DNA from: Anaeramoeba ignava BMAN
Taxonomy: Eukaryota > Protista > Anaeramoebae
NCBI GenBank assembly: GCA_028826165.1
Contig: JAPDFW010000064.1
Coordinates: forward strand, 248,001-312,000
Length of the DNA stretch: 64,000 nt
Direction of reading: 5' to 3'
A model generated the notes under the pieces. That model had not been told where the DNA came from. It searched no databases and saw only the letters and a list, made by a program, of their open reading frames with translations. This document shows positions 39,098 to 52,271 of the stretch, in pieces. A program made the translations under genes and the position numbers. Positions within the stretch are counted from its first letter, which is position 1; each line of letters opens with the position of its first letter.

Positions 39098-40652
39098 TCA
39101 AATATCTTTTTCTGTTGAAATTTTTAATAAAGAAGTAATTTCTATTTTTTTTTTGTTATTATTTGTTTTTGTTTTTTTTTTTAAATAAAATGGTGAGAAA
39201 AAATTTAAATAAAATAATTTACTTGTTCTACAAAGAGGGCATTTATCATCAGAAAATCTTAAAATTTGAGCACATTCCAAACATAAACAAGTATGACGAC
39301 ATGGAAGAATTGTAACTGTTCTTGGATTTGTAAGACAAATCACACATTTATTATCCTGATTATTTGATTCTTTTGAAGTATTTGAATTTTTTTCAGTAAC
39401 TGTTAAAGATTGATCTAAATCATTATCTACAATTTGATTTTGATTTTGATTTTGATTTTGATTTTGATTTTGATTTTGATTTTCATTTTGAATTTTGATT
39501 TTCATTTTGATTTTCATTTGAATTTTCATTTGAATTTTGATCTGGATTTTCATTTAATTTTTCATCTGTATTTATATTTGAATTTATATTTGAATTATTG
39601 TTATTGTTATTATTATTGTTATTTTCGTGATTTTCATTTTCCTCATCTCCTAATCCATATAGTTTTTGTAAAATAAACCATTTTCCATTAACTAATATTT
39701 TTTGTTGCAAAATTTTCAAATCAAATTTTTGTGATTTTTGATCATAATTAAAAGAAACATATGAAACTTGAGATTGAGCCTCAAGCTTATTTTGAGTATT
39801 TTCATTATTTTGAGTATTTTCATTATTTTGAGTATTTTCATTATTTTGAATATTTTCATTATTTTGGGTATTTGGAGTATTTGGGTTATTTTTGCCATTT
39901 TTTTTATTTTGTTTTTTATTTTGTTTTTTGTTCTGTTTTTTATTTTGCTTTTTTTGATTTTTTTTTAAAAGTTCTTTTTTTTCTTTTGGAGCATCTTTTA
40001 AAGATTCTTGAGGAGGTTGATTTGTTAAAGGTTGTTGTTCGATTTTGGGTTCAGATTTCTTTTCCAGATAAATAACAATAGGAAAAATATGAGGTTGGTT
40101 TGGAATTTGTCTGAAAAAAAACAAGTTTCTTTGCTGTTGATTAAGAGAGGAAAAATTAATTGCTTCTTCTTCTTTTTGGGAAAATAACTGCTTGAATCCG
40201 CTTGGATATTCTCTTTTCAAAACGGGGTATTTATTAACGGAATTGAATATAATTTCACCGTTTTGGTTGCGAGATTCAGTTGCGCAGAAATAAAGAGAAA
40301 CAATAGTATCAACTGTTGAATCAAATTGAAATTCAATCATATAAAGTTGAGGATTATTTTCTGGTGTTTTCAAAATCAAAGTGTCTTTTCTTAAATTAGT
40401 TGAATTAACAACAGTAACAGAATTTTTGATTTGAGGTGGTGGTTTGAGATAAAGAGATCTTGGCGGTTGTAAATTTGTTAGTGATGGATAGCGGTTTGCT
40501 AAAGGATGTCTGTTGGAATCGGGTGTGAATTGTCCTCCATATAAAACTGGTCCTCCATAATACATTCCTCGGTTTTGAGGTTGTGGATTTGTTCTACGAG
40601 TGTTTTGTCCATTATTTTGTGTGTTTGTTTGGGTTGAATTACCTGTACCCAT
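39098..40652 (-). CDS. MGRN1/RNF157/LOG2-family RING E3 ligase; +1 frameshift near 39490; one intron near the 3' end
   Basis: MGTGNS myristoylation-type start, NLRKDTL domain, LQKLYG, RING CVICL..ILPCRHTCLCLECA..KCPLCR. Confidence 0.9.
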
Positions 40653-40654
40653 TT

Positions 40655-40771
40655 TTATGTAAAAAAAAACGAAAAAAAAAAATGAAAAGGAGAAAAATTA
40701 AAAATTATTTTTTTTTTCATTTTTAATTTTTTGTTATTTTTTTTTTTTTTTTGTTTTTTTGTTTTGTAAAA
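40655..40771. promoter_or_regulatory. Compact bidirectional promoter with back-to-back TTTTCATTTT initiator-like motifs
   Basis: 119 bp between divergent ATGs (40652 on -, 40772 on +); AAAATGAAAA at ~40679 and TTTTCATTTT at ~40714. Confidence 0.6.
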
Positions 40772-43700
40772 ATGGTAATTAAAAAATTTAATTTATAATT
40801 TAAATTAAAAAATTAAATTTTAAAATTTAAAATTATTAGACAACAGAAAATCAAAAATTAATTGATGATCGAGACTTATCTCCTCTTAACTCTTCTCGGA
40901 TACAAGACTATTCCCCCAAATGGAAAAATAGAGAAGAAAAGTTTAAACCTAGATCACGTTCTCCAATTCGTGGGCGCAGTCCACTCAAGGATCATTCACC
41001 ATTAAGAGACCATTCTCCTGTTACAGACCCTTCTCCTTATCATAAACTCACTTTTGATGTGTATTTAATTTTTATTTTTTATTTTTTTAATTTATTTTTT
41101 ATTTTTTTGCTTTTTTAATTTAGTGAAAATGATGGTACAACTTTATATGTTTCTGGTTTAAGATCTGATTCTAGAACAACTGATTTACATCATTTGTTTT
41201 CAAAATATGGAAAAGTAAACTTTTAAATTTTGATATAAATATAAATATATAAATATAAATATAAATACAAATATCAATATAAATATAAATATAAATATAA
41301 ATATAAATTAAATATAAATTAAATATAAATATAAATATAATTATAAATAAAAATATAAATATAAATATAAATATAAATATAAATATAAATATAAATATAA
41401 ATATAAATATATATAAAATATAAATATAAATATAAATATAAATATAAATATAAATATAAATATAAATAAATATAAATATAAATATAAATATAAATATAAA
41501 TATAAATATAAATATAAATATAAATATAAATATAAATTATAAACATAAAAATATAAAATAAAATAAATATAAATAAAAATATAAATATAAATATAAAATA
41601 TAAATATAAATCATAAATATAAATATAAATATAAATATAAATATAAACATAAAATATAAACATAAATATAAAATATAAATATAAATATAAATATAAATAT
41701 AAATATAAATATAAATATAAATATAAATATAAATATAAATATAAAAATAAATATAAACATAAAATATAATAAATATAAATATAAAATAAAATATATAAAA
41801 TATAAACATAAATACATAAAATATAAACAAAAATATAAAATAAATATAAATATAAATATAAAATATAAATATAAATATAAATATAAATATAAACATAAAT
41901 ATATAAAAATATAAATATAAAATATAAATATAAATATAAATATAAATATAAACAAAATATAAAATATAAAATATAAAAATAAACATAAATATAAAAATAT
42001 AAATATAAACATAAACATAAAATAAATAAAATATAAAAATATAAAATAAAAAATATAAATATAAATATAAATATAAATATAAAATATAAATAAATATAAA
42101 ATATAAATATAAAATATATAATAAAATAAATAAAATATAAATAAAAATAACATATAAATATAATATAAAATAAACATAAATATAAATATAATATAAAATA
42201 TAAATATAAAAACATAAATATAAATATAAATATAAATATAAATATAAAATATAAAAAATGAAATATAAATATAAATAATATAAAATAAATTATAAATATA
42301 AAATATAAAATAAAATAAATATAAATATAAATATAAATATAAATATAAATATAAATATAATTATAAATATAAATATAAATATAAATATAAATATAAATAT
42401 AAACATAAAAAAAACATAAATATAAAAAAATATAAAACATAAATATAAATAAAAATATAAATATAAAAAAAAATACATAAATATAAAATAAATATAAATA
42501 TAAATATAAATATAAATATAAATATAAATAAAAATAAATAAAAATAAAAATAAATATAAATATAAATATAAAATATATAAAATATAAATATAAATATAAA
42601 TATAAATATAAATATAAATATAAATATAAATATAAATATAAATAAAATAAAATAAATATAAATATAAAAATAAATAAAATATAAATATAAATATAAATAT
42701 AAATATAAATATAAATATAAATATAAATATAAATATAAATATAAATATAAATATAAATATAAACATAAATATAAATATAAATATAAATATAAATATAAAT
42801 ATAAATATAAATATAAATATAAATATAAATATAAATATAAATATAAATAAATATAAATATAAATATAAATATAAATATAAATATAAATATAAATATAAAT
42901 ATAAATATAAATATAAATATAAATATAAATATAAATATAAATATAAATATAAATATAAATATAAATATAAATATAAATATAAATATAAATATAAATATAA
43001 ATATAAATATAAATATAAATATAAATATAAATATAAATATAAATAAATATAAATATAAATATAAATATAAATATAAATCTAAATATAAATATAAATATAA
43101 ATATAAATATAAATATAAATATAAATATAAATATAAATATAAATATAAATATTAATATAAATATAATTATAATTATAATTATAAATAAAATTTGATTAAT
43201 TTATAGGTTGAAAATGTTTCTTTAGTAAGTGATCCTCGTTCTAGAACATCTCGTGGATTTGCATTTATTACAATGACAGATAACGAAACTGCTGATTTAT
43301 GTATTCAAAAATTAAATCAATCAGAATTTGAAGAGAAAATAATTCGAGTTGAAAAAGTATTATTTTATTTTTTTTTTCTAATCCAAAAAACAAATTTTAT
43401 CTCAACAATAATAATATTTCTAATAATAATAATATTTCTAATAATAATAATATTTCAAATAATAATAATATTTCAAATAATAATAATATTTCAAATAATA
43501 ATAATATTTCAAATAATAATAATATTTCAAATAATAATATTTCAAGAATATTTCAAATAATAATATTTAAATCAAGAATATTTCAAGTATATTTCAAGCA
43601 TATTTCAAGCATATTTCAAGTATATTTCAAGTATATTTCAAGAATATTTCAAGCATATTTCAAGCATATTTCAAGCATATTTCAATCAATAATATTTCAA

Positions 43701-44500
43701 TCAATAATATTTAAATCAATAATATTTAAATCAATAATATTTCAATCAATAATATTTCAATCAATAATATTTAAATCAATAATATTTCAATCAATAATAT
43801 TTCAATCAATAATATTTAAATCAATAATATTTAAATCAATAATATTTAAACCAATAATAATAATATTTAAATCAAGAATATTTCAAGCATATTTCAAGCA
43901 TATTTCAAGCATATTTCAAGAATATTTCAAGCATATTTCAAGAATAATTAAATCAAGAATAATTAAATCAAGAATAATTCAAGAATAAATCAATAATATC
44001 ACAAAACTAATAATTAAATCAAAAAACTAATTCCAATAAATTTTAAGTCAAGAAGAAATTGTGCAAGAAAACCAACACCAGGACAATATCTAGGGAAAGG
44101 TATTAAAAATTAAAATAAAGAAAAAGAAAAAGAAAAAGAATCATCTAAACTAAATCTCAATAATAAAATAAAAATAGATCAAGACAGAAGACAAAGAAGA
44201 GGGTATTATCAAGATAAACCACGTTATTTAGATAGTGGATATCATCCATATGAAAGAAGAAGAGGCCGTTCTTCTCATAGAAGATATCATTCACGAAGTC
44301 GTTCAAGATCAAATTCACGAGATCGTCATTATCACTCATCTCATTCTAGGCGTTCAAGATCTCCTTACAGAAAACGCTCACGTTCTCCTTATTATAGACG
44401 AAGAAGTAGGCATTCCCGTTCTCCCTATCATAGTAGGCATTCACCATATAGCAGATCAAGAAGAAAAGATCATTCATTTTCACCTCATCGAAGGGATTAA
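40772..44500 (+). CDS. TRA2: Transformer-2/SR45a-like SR splicing factor (RS-RRM-RS), 6 exons
   Basis: Exon 1 is the ATG only. RRM motifs TLYVSGL and SRGFAFITM; linker [10 protein letters not shown]; RS tail ending TAA at 44500. Largely missed by the ORF track. Confidence 0.88.
41230..43190. repeat. (ATATAA)n microsatellite filling the ~2-kb TRA2 intron
   Basis: Pure at the flanks, degenerate at ~41540-42560. Confidence 0.9.
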
Positions 44501-44677
44501 TTCATTTTTCAATTCAAAAAAAAAAATGATTAATATGATGATTTTATTTAGCAAATTTAACAACTCAAATTCTTTTCTTCAATTTCAACAATTTTATTTT
44601 TCTTCAATTTTTCAAGAAAAAATTAATCAAGCTCAAAAATATTCAAGAAAAAAAAACACAAATTTCAATTTTTATTT

Positions 44678-46100
44678 TTCAAGTTTTCAAGTTTTCAAGT
44701 TTTCAAGTTTTCAAGTTGTCAAGTTTTCAAGTTTTCAAGTTGTCAAGTTGTCAAGTTGTCAAGTTGTCAAGTAATTTGTAAGTTTCATAAATATTCAAGT
44801 ATTAAATCAAGTTATTTGTAAGTTTCATAAATAATCAAGTGAAAAAATATTAAATCAAGTAATTTGTAAGTTCCACAAATATTCAAGTAATAAATCAAGT
44901 TATTTGTGAGTTCCACAAATATTCAAGTAATAAATCAAGTTATTTGTAAGTTCCACAAATATTCAAGTATTAAATCAAGTTATTTGTAAGTTTTACAAAT
45001 ATTCAAGTAAAAAATATTAAATCAAGTTATTTGTGAGTTCCACAAATATTCAAGTGATAAATCAAGTTATTTGTGAGTTTTACAAATATTCAAGTAATAA
45101 ATCAAGTTATCAAGTTATTTGTAAGTTCCACAAATATTCAAGTAATGAATCAAGTTATTTGTGAGTTTTACAAATATTCAAGTATTAAATCAAGTTATTT
45201 GTAAGTTCCACAAATATTCAAGTATTAAATCAAGTTATTTGTAAGTTCCACAAATATTCAAGTGATAAATCAAGTTATTTGTGAGTTCCACAAATATTCA
45301 AGTATTAAATCAAGTTATTTGTAAGTTTTACAAATATTCAAGTAAAAAATAATAAATCAAGTTATCAAGTTATTTGTGAGTTCCATAAATATTCAAGTAT
45401 TAAATCAAGTTGTCAAGTTATTTGTGAGTTCCACAAATATTCAAGTAATAAATCAAGTTATCAAGTTATTTGTGAGTTTCATAAATATTCAAGTAATAAA
45501 TCAAGTTATTTGTGAGTTCCACAAATATTCAAGTATTAAATCAAGTTATTTGTGAGTTCCACAAATATTCAAGTAAAAAATAATAAATCAAGTTATCAAG
45601 TTATTTGTGAGTTCCACAAATATTCAAGTATTAAATCAAGTTATCAAGTTATTTGTGAGTTTCATAAATATTCAAGTATTAAATCAAGTTATTTGTGAGT
45701 TCCACAAATATTCAAGTGATAAATCAAGTTATTTGTGAGTTTTACAAATATTCAAGTAATAAATCAAGTTATCAAGTTATTTGTAAGTTCCACAAATATT
45801 CAAGTAAAAAATATTAAATCAAGTTATCAAGTTATTTGTGAGTTCCACAAATAATCAAGTATTAAATCAAGTTATTTGTAAGTTCCACAAATATTCAAGT
45901 AATAAATCAAGTTATTTGTAAGTTCCACAAATATTCAAGTAAAAAATAATAAATCAAGTTATCAAGTTATTTGTGAGTTCCACAAATATTCAAGTAATAA
46001 ATCAAGTTATTTGTGAGTTCCACAAATATTCAAGTAATAAATCAAGTTATTTGTAAGTTCCACAAATATTCAAGTAATAAATCAAGTTATCAAGTTATTT
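44678..46100. repeat. Hairpin-containing ~40-48-bp minisatellite preceded by an 8-mer (TCAAGTTK)n
   Basis: Unit AAATCAAGTTATTTGTGAGTTCCACAAATATTCAAGTATT, about 30 copies. Confidence 0.92.
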
Positions 46101-46302
46101 GTTAGATTATTAGATAATAGAAATAAAGTGTAAATTAAGTTTAAAAAAGAAAGTAAATTATGTGTTTAATTTTGTATTTAAAATAGAATAAATTAAATAA
46201 AGAATTTTTAAGTTATTTGAGAAATGAGAATATAAAAAAAATAATAATTTGTTTTGTTTTGTTTTGTTTTGTTTTGTTTTTAAATTAAAATAAAAAAAAT
46301 AA

Positions 46303-46373
46303 TGGAGGTAGCGAGAATCGAACTCGCATCATTTGATCCACAGTCAAGCGTACTACCATTATACTATACCTCC
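46303..46373 (-). tRNA. tRNA-His(GUG)
   Basis: GGAGGTA/TACCTCC acceptor stem, D arm GTAT-AATGGTA-GTAC, anticodon loop CTGTGGA, T arm GCGAG-TTCGATT-CTCGC, A73, downstream oligo-T. G-1 is not encoded. Confidence 0.93.
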
Positions 46374-46529
46374 TTTTTAAATCTTTTTAATTTTTTTTTA
46401 AATCCTTATTTTTAATTTTTAATAATGGGGTATTTAAATAAATAATTAAATATTTTAAATAAATAAACAAAATTAAATTTTTCATTTTAATTTTTCATTT
46501 TCCTTTTTTTTTTCTTTTTTTTTAAATAA

Positions 46530-49086
46530 ATGAAACAAGATAAAATCTTAAAAGAAAGTTCTGAAGAAGATTTATCATCATTAACAAAAAAACCATATTT
46601 AGAAACTCAAAAAAACACTAAAACACTTCAAGAAAGAACTTTACAAGCAAAAAAACAATCTTCTTTATCATTTCTTCTTGTTTGTGCTTATCAAGAAATT
46701 TTACCAGAAAGAGAAATTCGGATTGCACATTCTTTTGGAGATGGATATTTTTGTCATGACCAAGATCCAGATTTTCAAATGACTGATGAAATTGTTTCAA
46801 AACTAAAACAAAAAATGTTAGATTATATTCAAAGTGATGAACAATTTAAATGTTTGAATATTTTTTTTATTTATTTATTAATTTTTTAATCAATTAATTT
46901 CCGTTACAATTTATTTATTTTTTAACTGAAAAATTTTTAAACTCAAAATTTGATTTAAATTTTTTATTGAAATCTTTATTTGATTTAAATTTTCTTTTTT
47001 TTTTTTGTTTATTTTTATTTAGTTCAAGTTATGGAAAGAAATGAACTTGGAAAAATTTTTCATAAAAAAAACTATCGTGATAAAATTCAAGTTTTAAAAG
47101 CTTGGGGGATTGATAACATTCGTGTTGTGAAATTTAGAAATCATATTGACTATGAAATTGAACCTATTGAATCAGATAAATCAAAAATTCAAGTTTTTGA
47201 TCTTGTATATATTAGCTATTTTAAGAGGGATATCATTTAATCTCTATCAAATTTATATTAGATTTATATCAAATTTATTTCAAATCTCTATCAAATTTAT
47301 ATCAAATATATATCAAATTTATATCAAATTTATATCAAATTTATATTAAATTTATATCAAATTTATATTAAATTTATATTAAATTTATATTAAATTTATA
47401 TTAAATTTATATTAAATTTATATTAAATTTATATTAAATTTATATTAAATTTATATTAAAATATTAAATTTTTATTAAATTATATTAAAATTTATATTTA
47501 TTAAATTTTATTAAATTTATATCAAATTTATATTAAATTTATATCAAATTTATATCAAATTTATATTAAATTTATATTAAATTTATATTAAATTTATATT
47601 AAATTTATATTAAATTTATATTAAATTTATTAAATTTATATCAAATTTATATTAAATTTATATTAAATTTATATTAAATTTATTTCGAATTTATATCAAA
47701 TTTATATTAAATTTATATTAAATTTATATTAAATTTATATTAAATTTATATTAAATTTATATTAAATTTATATTAAATAAATATCAAATTAATATCAAAT
47801 TTATATTAAATATATATTAAATTTATTTCAAATTTATATTAAATTTATATTAAATGTATTCGAATCTAATTGGAAAAGATCCGATATCAATACGGATTGC
47901 TTCTAAGATTTTCTTCAATATCAAATCCAAACGAAATCAAACCATTTACAGATTTACCAAAAACTTGGGCATTATTAAAAGAACACGAAGCATGGAACAA
48001 AAAAATTGGGTGCACACAAATTGGAGATTTAAATGCACAAATAGTATCCAAAACAGTAGATCGATTAAAATGGCTTTCTGAAGGGTTGCACGAAAAGAAG
48101 CTCTCGTTGATAGCAGGAGACATTATCAAGCAATTTCCACAAAAAAAAATCATCACAATCGCAGGTCCATCAAGCTCGGGAAAAACAACGTTCGCCAAAC
48201 GACTCTCAATTCATTTAGGGGTCAACGGCTTTTCAACTCAGGTCATTTCAATGGACGACTTCTATCGCGATGTCACTGATATTGGTCTTGATGAAAACGG
48301 AAATAAAGACTTCGAATCAATCGATGCAATGAATATCGAACTTCTTTCTGAAAGACTCAATAAACTTATCGAGGGACAAACAATCCCATTGAGACGCTTC
48401 GACTTCATCGGCGGAAAAGGATACGACGATCCAAAAGAAACAATGTGTTTGAAGGGTAACGAGTTTATGATATTGGAAGGGATTCATGGTCTCAACCCTC
48501 AATTTACTGAAAAAATTGGACTTGAAAAAATTTCCCGAATTTACGTTAGTCCTTATGTCCAGCTCACTATAGACCGTCACCATCGTGTTTCCACTGCTGA
48601 TAACAGGCTACTTCGCCGAATGATTCGTGATTTCCAGTATCGTGGATGGCTCCCCTCTGATACACTAACTATGTGGACAAATGTTAGAAAAGGAGAAGAA
48701 AAATATATATTTCCTTTTCAGGAAATGAATGATTATATGTTTAACACTTCTCTTCTTTACGAATTGCCTGTTCTTGCTGATTTTGCAAAGCCGTTATTGT
48801 CGGAAATTTCTGGTAATAAAGAACTTGAAAAAGAAGCTGGTCGACTTTTAGTTTTTCTATCTTTCTTTTATCAAATTCCTGGTGAAAGAGTTCCTGGAAT
48901 TTCGATTCTTCGGTAAAAATTATTAATCATTTCCTTTCATGTTTTAATTTTAATTTAATTTAATTTTAATTTAATTTTAATTTAATTTAATTTTAATTTA
49001 ATTTAATTTTAATTTAATTTTAATTTTAATTTTATTTCCTTTCATGTTTTAGAGAATTTATTGGTGATAGCGATTTCAGATACTGA
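46530..49086 (+). CDS. Bacterial-type uridine kinase family protein with ThrRS-editing-like N-terminus, 4 exons
   Basis: IAHSFGDGYFC, IAGPSSSGKTT, ISMDDFY, DFESIDA, LEGIHGLNP, DNRLLRRMIRD, VRKGEEKYIFPFQE, SILREFIG. Confidence 0.9.
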
Positions 49087-49229
49087 TTATTTTTTCTTCC
49101 TTCTTCCCTTTTTTTACATTTATCTTTCATTTTGTTTCTTTTCTTTTTTTTTTCCGATTTGGAAAATAAAACTTTTTTTTTCATTTTTTTCTTTTCATTT
49201 TTCTTTTTTTCAAAAATAATCAAACAAAA

Positions 49230-50360
49230 ATGGAAAAAAAAATTAATGATTTGAGACAAAAAATTACAAATGAATTATTAACATCAAATTCAGTTGTAAA
49301 TTCAAAAATAAATTCAAAAATAAATTCAAAAATAAATTCAAAAATAAATTCAAAAATAAATTCAAAAATAAATTCAAAAATAAAAAGGATGAAAAATTGC
49401 TTGTTTCCTTTTTAGAAAAACTTTATTCATTCGAAAATATTAATTGTGAAATTATATTGAATACAGATATTGGCATTTTAATTAATAAACTTCGTTTTGT
49501 TGGATCAACTCAAACACAAAAAATTGCAAAACAAATTTTTACAAAATGGTCAAAAATTATTCAAAATGAAAATAAAAATAAATCAAAAATAATAAAACCT
49601 TATTTGATGCCAGAAAAAACAGACAATTTAAATCAAAACTTAAATCAAACAAAAACTGTTGTGAAAAGAATTTCGGATGTTGATTTTTTTAAAGGAAAAA
49701 AAACTGGAAATCAAAAAAGAGATCAAATGAAAATACTTTTTTTTGAAGAATTGAAAAATTTTTTCAATAATTTTCAATCAGAACATAAAGTTGATATTTT
49801 TTCAATTATTGATGAAATGGAAGAAGGTTAGTGAATAAAAAACTCAAAATTCAAAATTCATAATTCAAAATTCATAATCCAAAATAAATTAGCCATTTAT
49901 GAATCAAAAAAAAGAGAATCAATTCAAAATTATCGGAGTAAATGCAGATTTATTATGGCAAATTTAATAAAAGACAACGAAAAAAGTTTAGAATTGAGAC
50001 AAGATTTATTTCTTGGGAAATTGGATCCAAAAAAATTATCTGAATTTGAAAATTCCCATTTTATGACTGAAAAACAAAAAGAAGATCATGAAAAACTTAT
50101 TGAACAAGGAATTAATGATGCTTTAACTCCTGAATTTAATAAAGAAGAAAATTCAACTGATTTTCTTTGTGAAAAATGTAATCAAAAAAGATGTAAAATT
50201 TGGACTCTCCAAACATTAAGAGCAGATGAACCAATGACTGTTTATATTTGTAATTTTTAATTTTTTAACTTTTAAATTTAAATTTAAATTTGATTTTGAT
50301 TTTGATTTTTTAATTTTAGATTGCGTTGTTTGTGGGAATTTTTGGAAATTTCAAAATTGA
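49230..50360 (+). CDS. Transcription elongation factor S-II-like protein, 4 exons
   Basis: Domain I (TDIGILINKLR..AKQIFTKW), domain II (YRSKCR..NL), Zn ribbon CEKC..QTLRADEPMT..CVVCGNFWKF. Confidence 0.88.
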
Positions 50361-50368
50361 TTTTGATT

Positions 50369-52147
50369 TTAATTTTGATTTTGATTATTAAATTTGTTAA
50401 TTAATAAATCAAATAAATTTGGATTTGTTTGATTTAATTGAAAATAATCAATTCCAATTTGAATTTCATCAATGATTTCTTGTGTAATTTGAATTTCATC
50501 TTTAATTTGATTTGAATAAATCCAATATTCAAATATTTGGAATGATTTATTACTTAATTCACTATAATCTGTAACTTTATTAGATTTATCTTCTGTAACA
50601 GATAAAAACATTCCTCGATATAATTCACTTCTCATTATTAATATTAATTTAGGAAATTTATATTTCTTTTCTTTTCTTTCAATTATAAAATCTTTTTCAT
50701 TTTCATTTTCATTTTCATTTAAATAAATTCTTTTCATTGTTTCTTCAATTTTTTCATTTAAATTTATAATTTCTTTAATTTCAGAATATAATTTTGGATT
50801 TATTTTGGAATTGTTTGAATAAATCATTTCAAATATTTGATTTGATTCTTTAATTGATTTATTTGAAATAATTTCTTTAAGTTTTTCAATTTGATTTTGA
50901 TTTTGATTTAATCTATATTTCAATATTAATTTATGAGCTTCAATTATTTCTCCATTTTCTGTTTTAAATGAAATATCACAAAATTCTTTTCTTCTAAATA
51001 ATTTTATCAAATCTTCTTCAAGATTGGAAAAAGAAGGAGAATAATAAAGAAATGATTTATCAAATCCACAAGAAATATGATAATTAGAAATATTTTCATT
51101 AAATCTTAATTTAGGAAGTTCAATTTGAATTGGAATTGGTTGATGATTTATATCTTCAGTTCCTAATTGACCACAATCATTTCCTCCAAATCCTATCATC
51201 TTTGAATTGGAAGTTAAAATCAAAGTATGATAACCTCCACAAGAAAAATCAAGAATATTATCATCATTTTCAAATAAAGATGATTTGATTTCAGTAAATT
51301 CATAACTATGTTCATTTTTGTCAACTCCATTATATTGATAATTTCCACATGAATAAAGTTTTCTTTTTGGATTTTCATTTTCATCTTCAATCAACATTAT
51401 TGAATAAATACTTCCACATTGAATATCAATTATTTTACCTTTTGGAATATTTTGGATTTTGGTTAATTTATAGATTGTTTCTCTTCTTCTTGATTCTCCT
51501 AATCCAAGTTGACCATAATAATTATATCCACATGTAAATAATTCTTGATTTGAATTTAAAAGAAAAACAAAAGCTGAAGAAATTCCTGAAAATATTTTAG
51601 AAACATTTTTCATCATTAAAATTGGTTTTTCTGTTTTTTTAAGTGTTTCAGAATCTAAACCAAGTTGGCCATATTCATTTGAACCAATTCCATAAACATT
51701 TTGATTTGAAGTTAATAAGTAAATTGTTTCATATCCAGAAACAATATCTTCAATTATTCTATCATTTGTATCTTCAATTAATGATGAAATATTGATAAAT
51801 TCATTTGGGTTATCAAGATTGATATCTTCTCCTTTAGCAAATAAATTTCCTTCTTTTGTTAAAATAGCTACATTCCAGTTTCCAACAGTTACTTTTTGAA
51901 TATTTTCAATTTGGATTTTATGAGGATTTTGATTTGAATCATTTTCATTTAAATATTCTATTGCTTTGCCATTTTCAAAAAGGAAAATTGTTGAAAAACC
52001 TCCTGATGAAATTTGTTTAATTTGTTTTTCATTTTCATTTTCATTTTCATTTTCAAATTTAAATTGAATTGGTTTTATTATTTTATCTGGTTTATTTTTG
52101 ATAAGTTTTGGATCTTCATTTCTTCCAAAAAATATAATTTCATTCAT
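50369..52147 (-). CDS. RCC1-repeat + tandem BTB protein, copy C
   Basis: 592-aa intronless paralog. Confidence 0.9.
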   Translation of the reverse strand: MNEIIFFGRNEDPKLIKNKPDKIIKPIQFKFENENENENEKQIKQISSGGFSTIFLFENGKAIEYLNENDSNQNPHKIQIENIQKVTVGNWNVAILTKEGNLFAKGEDINLDNPNEFINISSLIEDTNDRIIEDIVSGYETIYLLTSNQNVYGIGSNEYGQLGLDSETLKKTEKPILMMKNVSKIFSGISSAFVFLLNSNQELFTCGYNYYGQLGLGESRRRETIYKLTKIQNIPKGKIIDIQCGSIYSIMLIEDENENPKRKLYSCGNYQYNGVDKNEHSYEFTEIKSSLFENDDNILDFSCGGYHTLILTSNSKMIGFGGNDCGQLGTEDINHQPIPIQIELPKLRFNENISNYHISCGFDKSFLYYSPSFSNLEEDLIKLFRRKEFCDISFKTENGEIIEAHKLILKYRLNQNQNQIEKLKEIISNKSIKESNQIFEMIYSNNSKINPKLYSEIKEIINLNEKIEETMKRIYLNENENENEKDFIIERKEKKYKFPKLILIMRSELYRGMFLSVTEDKSNKVTDYSELSNKSFQIFEYWIYSNQIKDEIQITQEIIDEIQIGIDYFQLNQTNPNLFDLLINKFNNQNQN

Positions 52148-52271
52148 TTTTGAAATGAAAAAAAATGAAAAATGATTTTTGGAATTTTAATTTTAATTTT
52201 GATTTTAATTTTAATTTTAATTTTAATTTTAATTTTAATTTTAATTTTAATTTTAGTTTTGAATTTTAATT

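Noticed and set aside
41319-42766. YI/FI/LY-repeat ORFs
   Set aside because: Antisense reading of (ATATAA)n inside the TRA2 intron.
44235-44774. 179-aa + strand ORF
   Set aside because: Alternative frame of the TRA2 RS exon running into downstream repeat.
44770-46100. CRISPR-like array of palindromic repeats
   Set aside because: Units are contiguous with no unique spacers; no cas genes; eukaryotic context.
49296-49387. Apparent frameshift and (NSKI)n repeat in the TFIIS-like gene
   Set aside because: Explained by an in-phase GT-AG intron filled with a 12-mer repeat.
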